This document shows positions 19,535 to 29,508 of a DNA stretch of 64,000 nucleotides, in pieces (within the stretch, counting starts at the first letter, position 1; every line of letters begins with the position of its first letter). The notes below the pieces were generated by a model that saw only the letters and a list, made by a program, of their open reading frames with translations, did not search any database and had not been told where the DNA came from. Made by a program: the position numbers and the translations under genes. This DNA is from a virus (lineage: Duplodnaviria > Caudoviricetes), in IMG/VR virus record IMGVR_UViG_3300028887_000078, one strand, 5' to 3'.

Positions 19535-19888
19535 ATGAAAAAGAAAATCAGAGCAAAATATCCGACACTCTTTTGTGATGAAAAGAAAGGCAGGGACAAC
19601 AAAGATTATTACAACACAAGTGGAAGACCGTGCGAGAGCGGATATACGGTGAGAGTGCCGTCACTGAAACGCAGCAAAAAGATTTGGGACAATTTTTACA
19701 AGTTGTTCCCATACATCAAGAACTCGTTGATGAACAACCGATATGTGTACCGTTTCGGTGAACCGACTTTGGTCGGTAATGTCTATGTGTGCAAGGAAGA
19801 GCGTGTACACGCGCTGAACCCGTTTAATGGCAGAGTACACGGTGTAGGACGCAGAATCCGAACGACAAAATTTTTGAAAACTTGGTAA
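19535..19888 (+). CDS. Hypothetical protein
   Basis: Start MKKKIR after early-type promoter at 19511. Confidence 0.8.
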   Translation: MKKKIRAKYPTLFCDEKKGRDNKDYYNTSGRPCESGYTVRVPSLKRSKKIWDNFYKLFPYIKNSLMNNRYVYRFGEPTLVGNVYVCKEERVHALNPFNGRVHGVGRRIRTTKFLKTW

Positions 19889-19909
19889 TAAAAACAAAAA
19901 GATAAAAAT

Positions 19910-20143
19910 ATGAATGAAGTGGTCACAGTAAAGAAAGACCGTTATTATATGTGCATAATGGACTGGCACAAATTGGGTTCGTCTTTCACAGAAGGAAAGG
20001 TTTACAAGTGTCACAAAGACCGTTGTATGTATGATGACAATCACTCCGAGAAGGCTTCGGTCGGTATGTTGTTCCGTCTTGCCACAAAGGATGAGATTAG
20101 AGAACATAAGAGAATGTTGAAACTTCAAAGTCGCAGAATCTGA
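19910..20143 (+). CDS. Hypothetical protein
   Basis: Ends inside repeat copy 2, where CGA has become TGA. Confidence 0.8.
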   Translation: MNEVVTVKKDRYYMCIMDWHKLGSSFTEGKVYKCHKDRCMYDDNHSEKASVGMLFRLATKDEIREHKRMLKLQSRRI

Positions 20144-20203
20144 ACAACGAAGTTTTTGAAAACTTGGTAAAAAATAAAACAAAAATAACAAAAACAAGCA
20201 AAT

Positions 20204-20482
20204 ATGAAAAGAGCGGTTTATTTAGGCGGATTCAAAGAGTTCAATCCCGAAGACACGAACACAAAAGATGGTGATGTTTACCTCTTTCATTCAAAAAAGG
20301 ATATGAAACTCCATATCGGAATATTCTTCAAACAGGATGAAAATGGTAGTTGGGGGTTTACCGATTACTTCACGGGAAAGCGGCATTATCCCTATACATC
20401 CGAAGTTATTGATTTGAATGAGGCAACACTTGAAGATGTTGCAATAACACTTAACCCAACGGGGAATCTGTCAAAATGCTGA
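20204..20482 (+). CDS. Hypothetical protein
   Basis: Lies between repeat copies 2 and 3. Confidence 0.8.
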   Translation: MKRAVYLGGFKEFNPEDTNTKDGDVYLFHSKKDMKLHIGIFFKQDENGSWGFTDYFTGKRHYPYTSEVIDLNEATLEDVAITLNPTGNLSKC

Positions 20483-20605
20483 CAAATGGCATAATAAATG
20501 CACTTGCAACGTCAAGCGCGGAGGCGGTGCTGTTCGGGATGGTTGTGGTCATAGAATCCGAACGACAAAATTTTTGAAACTTGGTAAAATTAAAAACAAC
20601 AAACT

Positions 20606-21202
20606 ATGAAGAATCTTGAAAAAGTAACGGAACTGATGTTCTCCGTGAACGTAAAAGACCTTAAAGAGCACATTCGCGGCAAAATCAAAGTGTTGAGAAG
20701 TGCCAATAAGGACTACTGTGGAAATTGGTGGTCGTTAGGAATGAAACGAATATCCGCACAAGACCTGTCTGACAAGAGAATGTACTTCGGTGAATGCAGG
20801 CACGGGTTCTCATTCGTGGAGGAGGACAAACCTTTTATGCAGGTCGCCAACCTCATTTCTTTGATAAGCAAGAACGACCTGCGCTCATTCATACGAAAAG
20901 TTGGTGAGAACCCGTCAAAGGAGGTCATCTTGGATTTCATCATCAAGAAACTCCCCGACTGCATTATGTTCCAAATGCGCGGGTTCCCGCACAATGACTG
21001 TATGGTTCTCTCGGAAATCAAAGACCCGAATGACTATGCCGTTGACAAGTCGGAACGCATTAAGGTCTATGAGTCCGAATTGAAAAAATTGGAGAAAGAG
21101 GTTCGTGTACTCCTAATCAATCAGGACAACATTAAAAGAAAACTCCATAACCTGAAGTTGTATCAGGAACATTATAACGAATTACAAAAAATCAAGAAGT
21201 GA
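20606..21202 (+). CDS. Hypothetical protein with C-terminal coiled coil
   Basis: ORF after repeat copy 3. Confidence 0.85.
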   Translation: MKNLEKVTELMFSVNVKDLKEHIRGKIKVLRSANKDYCGNWWSLGMKRISAQDLSDKRMYFGECRHGFSFVEEDKPFMQVANLISLISKNDLRSFIRKVGENPSKEVILDFIIKKLPDCIMFQMRGFPHNDCMVLSEIKDPNDYAVDKSERIKVYESELKKLEKEVRVLLINQDNIKRKLHNLKLYQEHYNELQKIKK

Positions 21203-21492
21203 TGAAACCTGAATTTGTATCCTGCAAAATGCCGATGAACAGGGAAACCGTCAACTTTCTCAAAAAGAAAGGGGACTTCTTTTTCGTGAAGGTGCGCAGA
21301 ACGTCCGTGAAGTACGACTATGACAAGTTGAAAAACGTGACGGAGCAGTCCGTCAAAATAACGACGTTGCAGATATTCCCCAATATCGTCATATACTCAC
21401 ACGACTTCTTCAGGGAGTACAAGGACGAAACCCTCATCGGGTACTGCCCCATTGAATTTGAACAGGAGAAAAATCTGACAATCAATCTGTAA
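21202..21492 (+). CDS. Hypothetical protein
   Basis: TGATG overlap. Confidence 0.8.
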   Translation: MKPEFVSCKMPMNRETVNFLKKKGDFFFVKVRRTSVKYDYDKLKNVTEQSVKITTLQIFPNIVIYSHDFFREYKDETLIGYCPIEFEQEKNLTINL

Positions 21493-21534
21493 AAGTCAAT
21501 CTGTAAAAAGTCAATTTGTAAGCGCCAATCCGCA

Positions 21535-21933
21535 ATGATAACCTCAACCCCCATATTGAAAGAATGCTGCTGTGTCAACAATGAAACAGATAACAGCATA
21601 GTGTATTGGAAGTTCGGCGACCGCATAGACTTCATTCTGTATGTCTATGCCGCGAGGGATATATGGGGCGGAAAGGTCGAACAGGACGGGTTGTGCGAAA
21701 AATTGGGTGCAAGGATAAAAAGTCTCAAGAATGAAGTCCTTATAGACGGCATTGCTGGACGTTTCACGGAAGTCAAAAGATACAGCAGGATGGTCGCGTT
21801 GAACGGGTCTATACCGTCAAGTGATGAATTTGCCACAAACTTCAATATGGGCGTATTCAAAAAGTTGAAAAGGCGGAAATTGAGCGTGATATACCTTGAA
21901 CTGACGGAAGAAATCGGTCTGATTGTATGCTGA
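21535..21933 (+). CDS. MISD-tag array protein
   Basis: Starts MITSTPILKEC. Confidence 0.85.
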   Translation: MITSTPILKECCCVNNETDNSIVYWKFGDRIDFILYVYAARDIWGGKVEQDGLCEKLGARIKSLKNEVLIDGIAGRFTEVKRYSRMVALNGSIPSSDEFATNFNMGVFKKLKRRKLSVIYLELTEEIGLIVC

Positions 21934-21949
21934 CAAAAATATGATTGCA

Positions 21950-22369
21950 ATGATAAGCGACAATGACGTATTGAAACAAACCTGTGAAATGCTGCCCGAC
22001 AACCTCGTGCATTGGGTTGATTCCGATTGCAGAGGTGTGGCGATGCTGCGCTTTTCGTTCACGGTTAGCACGGTGTACGGGGCGCTTTGGAGGAAGATGG
22101 ACATTGAAACGTTCTATGAGCAAATGAAGCACGCCGTGGACGGAGGCGACTCGAACGTAATCTATGTAGGAAGATGGGTTGCACACATAGACAGGATTGC
22201 TCTTGTCGGCGGTTGCATCACGGCGGACTGTCATTTCAATGGGAGTCAGTGGCAAAATGATATTTTGGAACACCTGTGCCGCCTTGAACTCGACGGGTTC
22301 CAAATAAGGAAATTCGGTTATGACACGGTTAATTTTGCAATGACACATCACTACATTTTGGATTATTGA
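21950..22369 (+). CDS. MISD-tag array protein
   Basis: Starts MISDNDVLKQTC. Confidence 0.85.
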   Translation: MISDNDVLKQTCEMLPDNLVHWVDSDCRGVAMLRFSFTVSTVYGALWRKMDIETFYEQMKHAVDGGDSNVIYVGRWVAHIDRIALVGGCITADCHFNGSQWQNDILEHLCRLELDGFQIRKFGYDTVNFAMTHHYILDY

Positions 22370-22378
22370 GGAATATAA

Positions 22379-22810
22379 ATGATAAGCGACAACAACATAC
22401 TGAAAGCAACCTGCGAACACACCCCAATCGGAAACGGCAACTCGATGATATGTTGGGTTATGACTTCGTATGTGGTGAACTTCCGCATTTTTCTGCGCGA
22501 CGTCGTGACTTTGCCTGACGGGTACATAAAAAGCGCAGGTGAACTTGTCTATAAACTGCTCAACAGGATTGACAGCGGGTCGAACAAAGTTGAGTTCGGG
22601 GAGTTCGGGGAGTTCGGCGACGGGACTGTCACTAATGCGTGGAAATCCCCTTGGAGTGAGAACAACGTTGCGATTGACGGGTATTTCCAATTCAGTTCAA
22701 GTAAGGAAGCGGAGGCATTTTACGAAAGAATAACGTCAAGATACGCCACCTCCGACACATTGAACTTCTTTATGCTCGATGTAGGGAAGTATTGCGGTCA
22801 GGTGTCCTAA
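22379..22810 (+). CDS. MISD-tag array protein
   Basis: Starts MISDNNILKATC. Confidence 0.9.
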   Translation: MISDNNILKATCEHTPIGNGNSMICWVMTSYVVNFRIFLRDVVTLPDGYIKSAGELVYKLLNRIDSGSNKVEFGEFGEFGDGTVTNAWKSPWSENNVAIDGYFQFSSSKEAEAFYERITSRYATSDTLNFFMLDVGKYCGQVS

Positions 22811-22840
22811 TCCATTTGAAAGTGAAATCCGATTTTTGAT

Positions 22841-23239
22841 ATGATAAGCGACAACAACATATTGAAAGACTGCTGCTTCAAAACGAATGAAAACGGGGCG
22901 TACTTCAGCATACAAGGGTGCAGAGTCCATTTCTTTTTCTCCGTCGCACCTCCAAGTCTTATGACCGCCGACGAATTTATCAAAAAGCTGCAAGACAGGA
23001 TTTGCACAGGAAACAACCAAGTGATGATTTCCGAAAGTGAGCAGGAAGGTACGGTGGATGAGGTTTACGAGTGTTACGACGGGACGGTTCTGATTGTTGG
23101 AAGCATCCATTTCGACAATTATGCGTTTGCTTACAAGGCATACGAGACATTGGAGAATAGTTTTGGCAAGCATCCGCCTGTCGCGACCTGCATAGAAAAA
23201 CTCGACGGACTTTGCTGCGTCATTTTGAAACAAGATTGA
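22841..23239 (+). CDS. MISD-tag array protein
   Basis: Starts MISDNNILKDCC. Confidence 0.9.
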   Translation: MISDNNILKDCCFKTNENGAYFSIQGCRVHFFFSVAPPSLMTADEFIKKLQDRICTGNNQVMISESEQEGTVDEVYECYDGTVLIVGSIHFDNYAFAYKAYETLENSFGKHPPVATCIEKLDGLCCVILKQD

Positions 23240-23249
23240 ACAACAACCG

Positions 23250-23657
23250 ATGATAAGCGACAACAACATATTGAAAGGCAGTTGCAGTTTCCACGAAAAG
23301 GGAAGCGAAATCCATTTTTGGACAGTCAACGGTTCCGTCGGGTTCCATATTTTCGTGACCGATATGCAGCATCAAGGTATGACGCTCTCGGAGTTCAACC
23401 GAAAGATGAACGTCCTTCTGAAAGAGGGTCGAGACGAAATCGTTATCGGGGACATAAGAAACGGAACGGTCGTGAATGTCTTTACATACACGATGCCTGG
23501 GGGGACGCTCTGCGTCCTGATTGAGGGTGTATGGTTATGCACTACGGAAAGCGAACGCGCGAAAATATACAACTACCTGTCAGACGAGTTCGGCGAAAGA
23601 AAACCAACGGTATGGTGTATCGAGAACATTGCGAATATTTGCGCGACATTGGTATAA
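23250..23657 (+). CDS. MISD-tag array protein
   Basis: Starts MISDNNILKGSC. Confidence 0.9.
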   Translation: MISDNNILKGSCSFHEKGSEIHFWTVNGSVGFHIFVTDMQHQGMTLSEFNRKMNVLLKEGRDEIVIGDIRNGTVVNVFTYTMPGGTLCVLIEGVWLCTTESERAKIYNYLSDEFGERKPTVWCIENIANICATLV

Positions 23658-23668
23658 AACATAGAATT

Positions 23669-24124
23669 ATGATAAGCGACAGCAAGATTTTATCCAATTT
23701 GGTGAATGCGGACGACGGTTATGCACACATAGATTATTGGGGTGATTTCGACGGAATGCGCATACGCTTCGAGGTGAGGGCGAAAAGGGTTTTCAGTTTC
23801 TGCGGAAATATGGTTGAATGTTCAGTATTTGATGGTTACAACAGCATACAGAACATCCTTTTGAAATCCAACGACACAATCAAGTTCGTGTCAGGCAAGG
23901 ACGTCCGTCACGGAACGGTCGAGCAATGCGCGGTCATCAACGGGGAACTGCGCATAGTAGGGTATATGCGCGACGTGTGGTATTCTTATGATTCACACGG
24001 GTCGCGGATTGAGAAACACGTTGAAAGATTTTCAAGGATTGTGGACTCCCTGAACACACATTCGTTTGTGTGCATACACGAGTTATTCTTTCCGAGTGAA
24101 CACATAGAGGTGAAAAACATTTGA
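23669..24124 (+). CDS. MISD-tag array protein
   Basis: Starts MISDSKIL at 23669. Confidence 0.85.
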   Translation: MISDSKILSNLVNADDGYAHIDYWGDFDGMRIRFEVRAKRVFSFCGNMVECSVFDGYNSIQNILLKSNDTIKFVSGKDVRHGTVEQCAVINGELRIVGYMRDVWYSYDSHGSRIEKHVERFSRIVDSLNTHSFVCIHELFFPSEHIEVKNI

Positions 24125-24129
24125 ATGTT

Positions 24130-24552
24130 ATGATAAGCGACAGCAAGACATTGAAATCCGCAATAGACTTCGACGAGCGTGTGGATTGGAGTTACAACGA
24201 GCAAACCTGCGACCTGTACATTTCCGTCACCGTCAAAACGGCAAACGTTTCCTATGACATTCCAATCGGGGAATATGACCCTTTGTGTGAATGCAGGGAG
24301 TTGGTTTCCGAAGAGAACCCCCCGCCGCTCGTTTTCGGTGTCGTCACTGTTATAGTCGGCGAGGTGACGGACATATACGATTTCGGAAGTTGTCTTGTCA
24401 TAAAAGGCGTGCTGCCGAACGTGAATCCCCGTTCAAGGATTGCGTTCCACATAGATGACCTGAACAAAAACGGTTTCAACGTTGTCATACGCAAATACAT
24501 AGGTCGCCGAGCATACAGGTTCGACATACTTGAACGAAAGGAAACTATATGA
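24130..24552 (+). CDS. MISD-tag array protein
   Basis: Starts MISDSKTLK at 24130. Confidence 0.85.
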   Translation: MISDSKTLKSAIDFDERVDWSYNEQTCDLYISVTVKTANVSYDIPIGEYDPLCECRELVSEENPPPLVFGVVTVIVGEVTDIYDFGSCLVIKGVLPNVNPRSRIAFHIDDLNKNGFNVVIRKYIGRRAYRFDILERKETI

Positions 24553-25025
24553 GATTGAGTGAAACGAAAAATATATCGGCAGGCAAATTTTGCGGTGTCG
24601 TCGTGATTCCTTCTGAAAAATACAAGGACACATTTGATTTGTATGTCACTGTGAGAACTGTTCTTGCCTATGGTCGCCGTGTCGAAATGGAATCGGCATA
24701 CCACATTCTGCAAGATATGATTGCCAAAAAAGACAATGTCTTTGACATCATTGGGGAGTTTGTGAATGACAGCAGGAAACCGACAATCAGACATCTGCTG
24801 CACGGAAAGTTTGACTTTGTGTCATTGTCGAAGGACGACAACACCGACAATGGTTCAATATGCGTTCACGGAATTTTAAGAAGTCCTGACCTTGACGCTT
24901 TGTACGGGTGTGTGGACAAGTTCAGTTCGGAAGAGGTACAAATGTCGCTTGTCCATAGAATACCGAAACTGCCGAACCCTGTCGGAGGGTTCTGCGGAAT
25001 TGTGTTTGATTCCTATAACAGGTAA
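24549..25025 (+). CDS. MRITES-tag family hypothetical protein
   Basis: Starts MRLSET. Confidence 0.85.
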   Translation: MRLSETKNISAGKFCGVVVIPSEKYKDTFDLYVTVRTVLAYGRRVEMESAYHILQDMIAKKDNVFDIIGEFVNDSRKPTIRHLLHGKFDFVSLSKDDNTDNGSICVHGILRSPDLDALYGCVDKFSSEEVQMSLVHRIPKLPNPVGGFCGIVFDSYNR

Positions 25026-25121
25026 ATATCGGGAACCCCACTATAAAATGGAATGGACACGGAAATCAAAAACAAACGGAATTGTCTCATTTTAATCTTG
25101 TTATATATTCTCTCTTATATA

Positions 25122-25150
25122 AAAAACGCAGGCGGTTACCTGCGTTTTTT
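25122..25150. terminator. Bidirectional intrinsic terminator
   Basis: AAAAACGCAGG-CGGTTA-CCTGCGTTTTT; same stem at 30209-30239. Confidence 0.85.
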
Positions 25151-25204
25151 TTTTATTTTTCAATAAACTGATACACAATCTAATCAAGTGTATGACAATC
25201 AAGT

Positions 25205-25732
25205 CTATGACACGAACAATTCGCCATTGATGGTATTGATTACTTCAAGCGTGTCATTAAGGTCAATCGGTGAACTATCATCCGCATTCATTTTCATAAC
25301 CATATTGTCTTTGTCAATCATACAGTCATAGTCCTCCGAAGCAGCAAGTCTTTCGTCGCGACCCCAACTGTAATACACGCAATTCCCTTCCACGGTCTTG
25401 AACAAATCCTCTCCCGAATCCCCTATTTTGTTCACATAGTTCTCAATGTACTTGCAGATGGTGTCGGGGTCAAGTTTTCCGTCCACTCTCTCAAACATCA
25501 TTTCGGGGACATCATCCTGAAGGTCTCTGTCCACAATTTCTTTATAGAGAATGCTTGCCTCCATCACATAACCTTTGTCAAGGCAAATCTTATAGTATGC
25601 CATAAGTTTTTCATCCGAACACGCTTTCACGTTCTGCCTTCGCTGTCCTTTATGCCATTGCTCCATTTTGCTTGATTGGACACTCGCATTTGAGAGACTT
25701 GCCATCTCATCAATTTTCATTATATGCGTCAT
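25205..25732 (-). CDS. Late hypothetical protein with MTHIMKIDEM leader
   Basis: TATAAATA at 25759-25766. Confidence 0.85.
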   Translation of the reverse strand: MTHIMKIDEMASLSNASVQSSKMEQWHKGQRRQNVKACSDEKLMAYYKICLDKGYVMEASILYKEIVDRDLQDDVPEMMFERVDGKLDPDTICKYIENYVNKIGDSGEDLFKTVEGNCVYYSWGRDERLAASEDYDCMIDKDNMVMKMNADDSSPIDLNDTLEVINTINGELFVS

Positions 25733-25772
25733 ATTCGTTTTGTATATTTTTCTGTTATTATTTATAGAAACT

Positions 25773-25791
25773 GATATATCGGCGATATATC
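25773..25791. repeat. Dispersed double palindrome GATATATC-N3-GATATAT(C/T), representative copy
   Basis: Copies at 3736, 10712, 16932, 25773, 31289, 37637, 44981, 50491, 55962, 63219. Confidence 0.95.
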
Positions 25792-26239
25792 AGGCATTGG
25801 TTAGTTTGTGAATACTCTTGACGAACTCTTCCACTTCAAAATTCTTTGAATACAGAATACGGAACCTTTCTGCATAGAACCCGTTTTCAATCAAATATTC
25901 CTTGATTTCGTTTTTGAGCGTGTCGCACTTATTGGTCAGTTCATAGTCCACACCTCCTGCAAAAAACGCATTTGCGGAGTCGGTTTGCATCTGTATGATT
26001 TTTGAAAGGCGTTCCGACGGATTGGTCGCGTCATACAATATGAAAACATCATCGGTCAATGCTCTCATATATCGTGTGGTGTCCGTGTTGTTCACCGAAC
26101 AATCCAACACATTGGTGCCGTATATGCAGTTCTTGTCATATATGACGGTCAGTCTGATTTCAATTTTTTCACGGAACTTGTCGCAGGCGGTTTCAAATTC
26201 GCTTTTTGCGCTTATGATGTTTGTTTCAGTCAGTTTCAT
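25790..26239 (-). CDS. MRITES-tag family hypothetical protein
   Basis: Starts MKLTET. Confidence 0.85.
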   Translation of the reverse strand: MKLTETNIISAKSEFETACDKFREKIEIRLTVIYDKNCIYGTNVLDCSVNNTDTTRYMRALTDDVFILYDATNPSERLSKIIQMQTDSANAFFAGGVDYELTNKCDTLKNEIKEYLIENGFYAERFRILYSKNFEVEEFVKSIHKLTNA

Positions 26240-26382
26240 TGTGACACATTCAGACTGCCTTCACTTGTACACAATACCGATGTCGGTATACCTTTTCATC
26301 GCCTTTTCCGTCGTGGTTTTGTCGAGCGGTGTCTCAAGACCGCACCAGTCGCAATTTATGACCGTTAGGTGTCTTATGCCCA

Positions 26383-27549
26383 TTACTTCCTGTATTGGGA
26401 GTCCCCGCTTCCAAGAATGACGACGGAGGCGTTGTTGCGAAGTTCATACAGGTTCCTGCTGTTCGTGTAGGACATACAGGAGCAGATGAACGATTTGATT
26501 TTCTCTGCAAGTTCGCTCACGCTGTACTTGACTTCGGTCGGTCTTGAAATTCCCTCCGCTGCAAAGTTGGAGTCCGAACCCATAATCCGCTTCGCTTTTT
26601 CGGAACCCATACCGAAGTATTCGCGGTATAATTTCAGTGTGTTGTCCTTGTTTTGCGACAGACGGACATTCCCCTTCATAAATTCTTCCTCGTTAAGGGC
26701 AAATTTCGCCTCATACGCCGCCTCTTTGCATTCATTGAACATCTTACCGCACATAACGGCGTCGGCGCCTAAAACCAGCGATTTTGTGATGTCGTCGAAT
26801 GAGTTTATCCCACCGTCGGCGATGACACTCGTGATGTGTTTCGGTTTGAGGAGGAACTTTTGTCTTGTTTTGTTCTTCCGTTCCATCTTCTTTCGGATGG
26901 TGTTGATTTCGTCAAGCAGCGACGCCATAGGGTAGTGTACGCCTGTCGTGCAGGATGTCGTGCATCTGCTGCCCGTGCCGACAGAGACACGCACCCAATC
27001 AATCCCGTATTCGCAATAGTGTTTGTATGCGTTCGGATTGGCGATGTTGCCAGCCATAATCACGATGTGGTCGCCGAGTTGTCTTTTCAGTTCCTTGCAT
27101 ACATTGAACATCTTTCTCATAGTCCCCTGTGCGATGTCGATGCAGATGTGCACTTTCGAGCATTGGTGCTGCGTTGCACAGGAATAGAGTATGCGGCACT
27201 CTTCGGTAAGGTTTTTGATGTTGTTGTGCGTCATCCTTTCCGCTTCCTTGAGTGAGAATGAAACGAACGCATAGCGGGCGACGGATACCCTTGTTTGAAA
27301 GTCTTCGATGCTGTCGCTGTATGCGCTCCTCGGTATGACAGGTGTGAAATACGGTGTGAAATACTGCCAATTTTCACGGTCTATGACAGTAGCCATCGGC
27401 GCGACAAACACGGGCAGTTTCTCATCATACTTGTTCAGAATTTCCGTTTTCGGATTGACGTCACACCTGCTGTCTATGTCCGAAATTTCCGCCTGCACTA
27501 TTGCAACGTCCTTGAGTTCGTATCCAATTTTTGTCAGTTTGCTTTTCAT
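26383..27549 (-). CDS. IMP dehydrogenase / GMP reductase family protein
   Basis: APMATV, CIDIAQG, MAGNIA, VGTGSRCTT (catalytic Cys), IADGGI, GADAVMCG, YFGMGS, AEG. Confidence 0.92.
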   Translation of the reverse strand: MKSKLTKIGYELKDVAIVQAEISDIDSRCDVNPKTEILNKYDEKLPVFVAPMATVIDRENWQYFTPYFTPVIPRSAYSDSIEDFQTRVSVARYAFVSFSLKEAERMTHNNIKNLTEECRILYSCATQHQCSKVHICIDIAQGTMRKMFNVCKELKRQLGDHIVIMAGNIANPNAYKHYCEYGIDWVRVSVGTGSRCTTSCTTGVHYPMASLLDEINTIRKKMERKNKTRQKFLLKPKHITSVIADGGINSFDDITKSLVLGADAVMCGKMFNECKEAAYEAKFALNEEEFMKGNVRLSQNKDNTLKLYREYFGMGSEKAKRIMGSDSNFAAEGISRPTEVKYSVSELAEKIKSFICSCMSYTNSRNLYELRNNASVVILGSGDSQYRK

Positions 27550-27568
27550 ATTGCCGATGATTTGTTTT

Positions 27569-27769
27569 CTATTCAAGGTGAAGAAGCACAATCAGACCGA
27601 CTATCGCAAGGATTCCCACCGCTATTGCAACGGGTATCCACAGGGGCGCGGTGACCCACCACCAAGACCAGTCGATGACGTGCGTCAGTTTGAGGATTAA
27701 GAACACGATGAACAGGACGGTTCCGAGCGAGAACCCGCTGCCTGTGACTTTTTTTTGTTCGTTATTCAT
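27569..27769 (-). CDS. Small membrane protein
   Basis: LKLTHVIDWSWWWVTAPLWIP; two TM helices. Confidence 0.85.
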   Translation of the reverse strand: MNNEQKKVTGSGFSLGTVLFIVFLILKLTHVIDWSWWWVTAPLWIPVAIAVGILAIVGLIVLLHLE

Positions 27770-27780
27770 ATCAATTCATT

Positions 27781-27963
27781 TTAATCGTTCTTGTATTTGC
27801 GTTCCATATTCGGCGCGAACAGGCATAGCAGCAACGCCCCTATGACAGACGCCCACCATCCGAAAAGCAGAAGGACGGACACCAAAAAAATCGCACCGCA
27901 CCCCTTGTCGATGACGGCAAGGGGAGGTGCGAAGAATATAAGGAAAATTTGCAGAATGCTCAT
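27781..27963 (-). CDS. YqaE/Pmp3-family membrane protein
   Basis: IFFAPPLAVIDKGCG pattern; two TM helices. Confidence 0.75.
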   Translation of the reverse strand: MSILQIFLIFFAPPLAVIDKGCGAIFLVSVLLLFGWWASVIGALLLCLFAPNMERKYKND

Positions 27964-27981
27964 TGCACGGAATTTTTCAAA

Positions 27982-29508
27982 CTATGCGAGTGTCACCTGT
28001 GCGTATCTCTCGGAGAGCAACACGTTCAGGAGGTTCTTCCACGGGTCGGTTTCCTCCGACAAAACCATCTTGCAGACCGCGGGTGAATAACCGCTGACAA
28101 GTGCCACTCCGAGTTCGTTCTCTTTCACGGGCACCACTCCCGTTCTTGAGTTGACGTTCCAAAACACGAGTTTTGGGAGTTTGTAACCCTTGTCTGCATA
28201 CAGTTTCGCAATATGCTCAAAGAGGTTCACGTCGGGTCTTGTGTATGAGCGGGTCTGATAGTCCCATTCCGTTGTGGCGGCGTCGAACTCCATATCGGAC
28301 ACGATGAGCAACTGACCCGGCATATCCTCCTGCTTCATATTGTTCGACACGGCGGTGTCGAGCAGAAGTTGGAACGTTTTCTGAATGTCCGTGTTGCTAC
28401 ACTCGTTGTAATGGCGGAGGAATGATTTTTTCTGCATAGTGGTCATATTCTCGCCAAACTCGACGAGTTGCGGCGTGCTGCTGAAGGTGATGAACTTGTT
28501 GTGGAACTCACCCGTCATACGCTCCGAGAAATAGACGCACAATGCGCTCGCCACGTCCAATGCGGTTGTGGTGCTGTTCGGAATGCGGGAGGTCATAGAA
28601 CCCGAACCGTCTCGCACGACAAGGGTTTTGCAGTCACCCTTTACAAAGTCGGGAAGCGCCTTCCACATCGCCTCTGCGGTCGCGGTCTCATTGCCGAGCA
28701 TTTTCCACACGTCGTGCGGGAACACTGCGGACGCGTTGATTTTCTTCTCTCCCTTGACGAGGGAATCGAGATATTCGTTGCGACGCTTTTCGTCATACTT
28801 GAGGAACAGTTTCGCATAGCGGGTGTTGGCGACGGAGGGAACCCTCTCGTAGTCAATCTCCGCATAGTTTTTCGTGGAGATGTTGGTCTCCACAATCTGA
28901 ATCTTCTTGCGGAGTTCCGACAGGGACTTGCGGTAGGACGCCTCGTTCACAGTCACACCCGCCTTGTTCATCTCTCTGATGAGGGACTTTGCGAACGACT
29001 TTGACTTCTTGCCAGCATTCGGCGAGGGCATCCATTTGCCCATAAGGGTCGGGGTTTCGCTCTCAAGGTCTTTGAGGAACTGCGAGGAAACGATTGTGAC
29101 GATGTAGCGCTTCACCTTGTCGCTCTTGGTGTTGTAGAGAATATAGACGAGGTCGTCCCAACGTCCGTATTCGGGGATGAACTTCAGGAGTTTTACGGCG
29201 TCGTCCTCCGCGTTGTCGCAGAACCAAAGGAAAAGGTTTCGGAACGCGTTTCTTTCGCCCATACCGCCGCGCACGTCGCGGAGGTAGAAAAGGAACTTCA
29301 CGAAAAGTTCGCGACTTTCGGCGTCCGCCTTTGCAAGCAGCATCTCCGTGTGCGTGTCAAGCGATGCTTTCGTGGCACGGAGTTGGGGTGCCTTGAACGA
29401 GAGGTCGAGGATGTTCCTGCCTGTCGTGCTGTACATCTTTGCACCGTTCTCGGAATAACAGACATTGTAGTCGCTGTTCAATAACTCTTTCTTGATTTCG
29501 TCAATCAT
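27982..29508 (-). CDS. TROVE-like/vWA protein (DUF2828, Ro60-related)
   Basis: SENGA, RDVRGGMGER, YGRWDDL, KWMPS, MIDAS DGSGSM, SDMEFD, FWNV, SGYS. Confidence 0.9.
   Translation of the reverse strand: MIDEIKKELLNSDYNVCYSENGAKMYSTTGRNILDLSFKAPQLRATKASLDTHTEMLLAKADAESRELFVKFLFYLRDVRGGMGERNAFRNLFLWFCDNAEDDAVKLLKFIPEYGRWDDLVYILYNTKSDKVKRYIVTIVSSQFLKDLESETPTLMGKWMPSPNAGKKSKSFAKSLIREMNKAGVTVNEASYRKSLSELRKKIQIVETNISTKNYAEIDYERVPSVANTRYAKLFLKYDEKRRNEYLDSLVKGEKKINASAVFPHDVWKMLGNETATAEAMWKALPDFVKGDCKTLVVRDGSGSMTSRIPNSTTTALDVASALCVYFSERMTGEFHNKFITFSSTPQLVEFGENMTTMQKKSFLRHYNECSNTDIQKTFQLLLDTAVSNNMKQEDMPGQLLIVSDMEFDAATTEWDYQTRSYTRPDVNLFEHIAKLYADKGYKLPKLVFWNVNSRTGVVPVKENELGVALVSGYSPAVCKMVLSEETDPWKNLLNVLLSERYAQVTLA

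Larger units (their letters stand above)
19850..20587 (+). repeat. Three ~38-bp direct repeats separating single genes
   Basis: AGAATCCGAACGACAAAATTTTTGAAAACTTGGTAA-like copies at 19850-19888, 20132-20170, 20550-20587. Confidence 0.9.

Noticed and set aside
19850-20587. CRISPR array
   Set aside because: The intervening segments are 240-380 bp and contain whole genes; no cas genes; only three degenerate copies.
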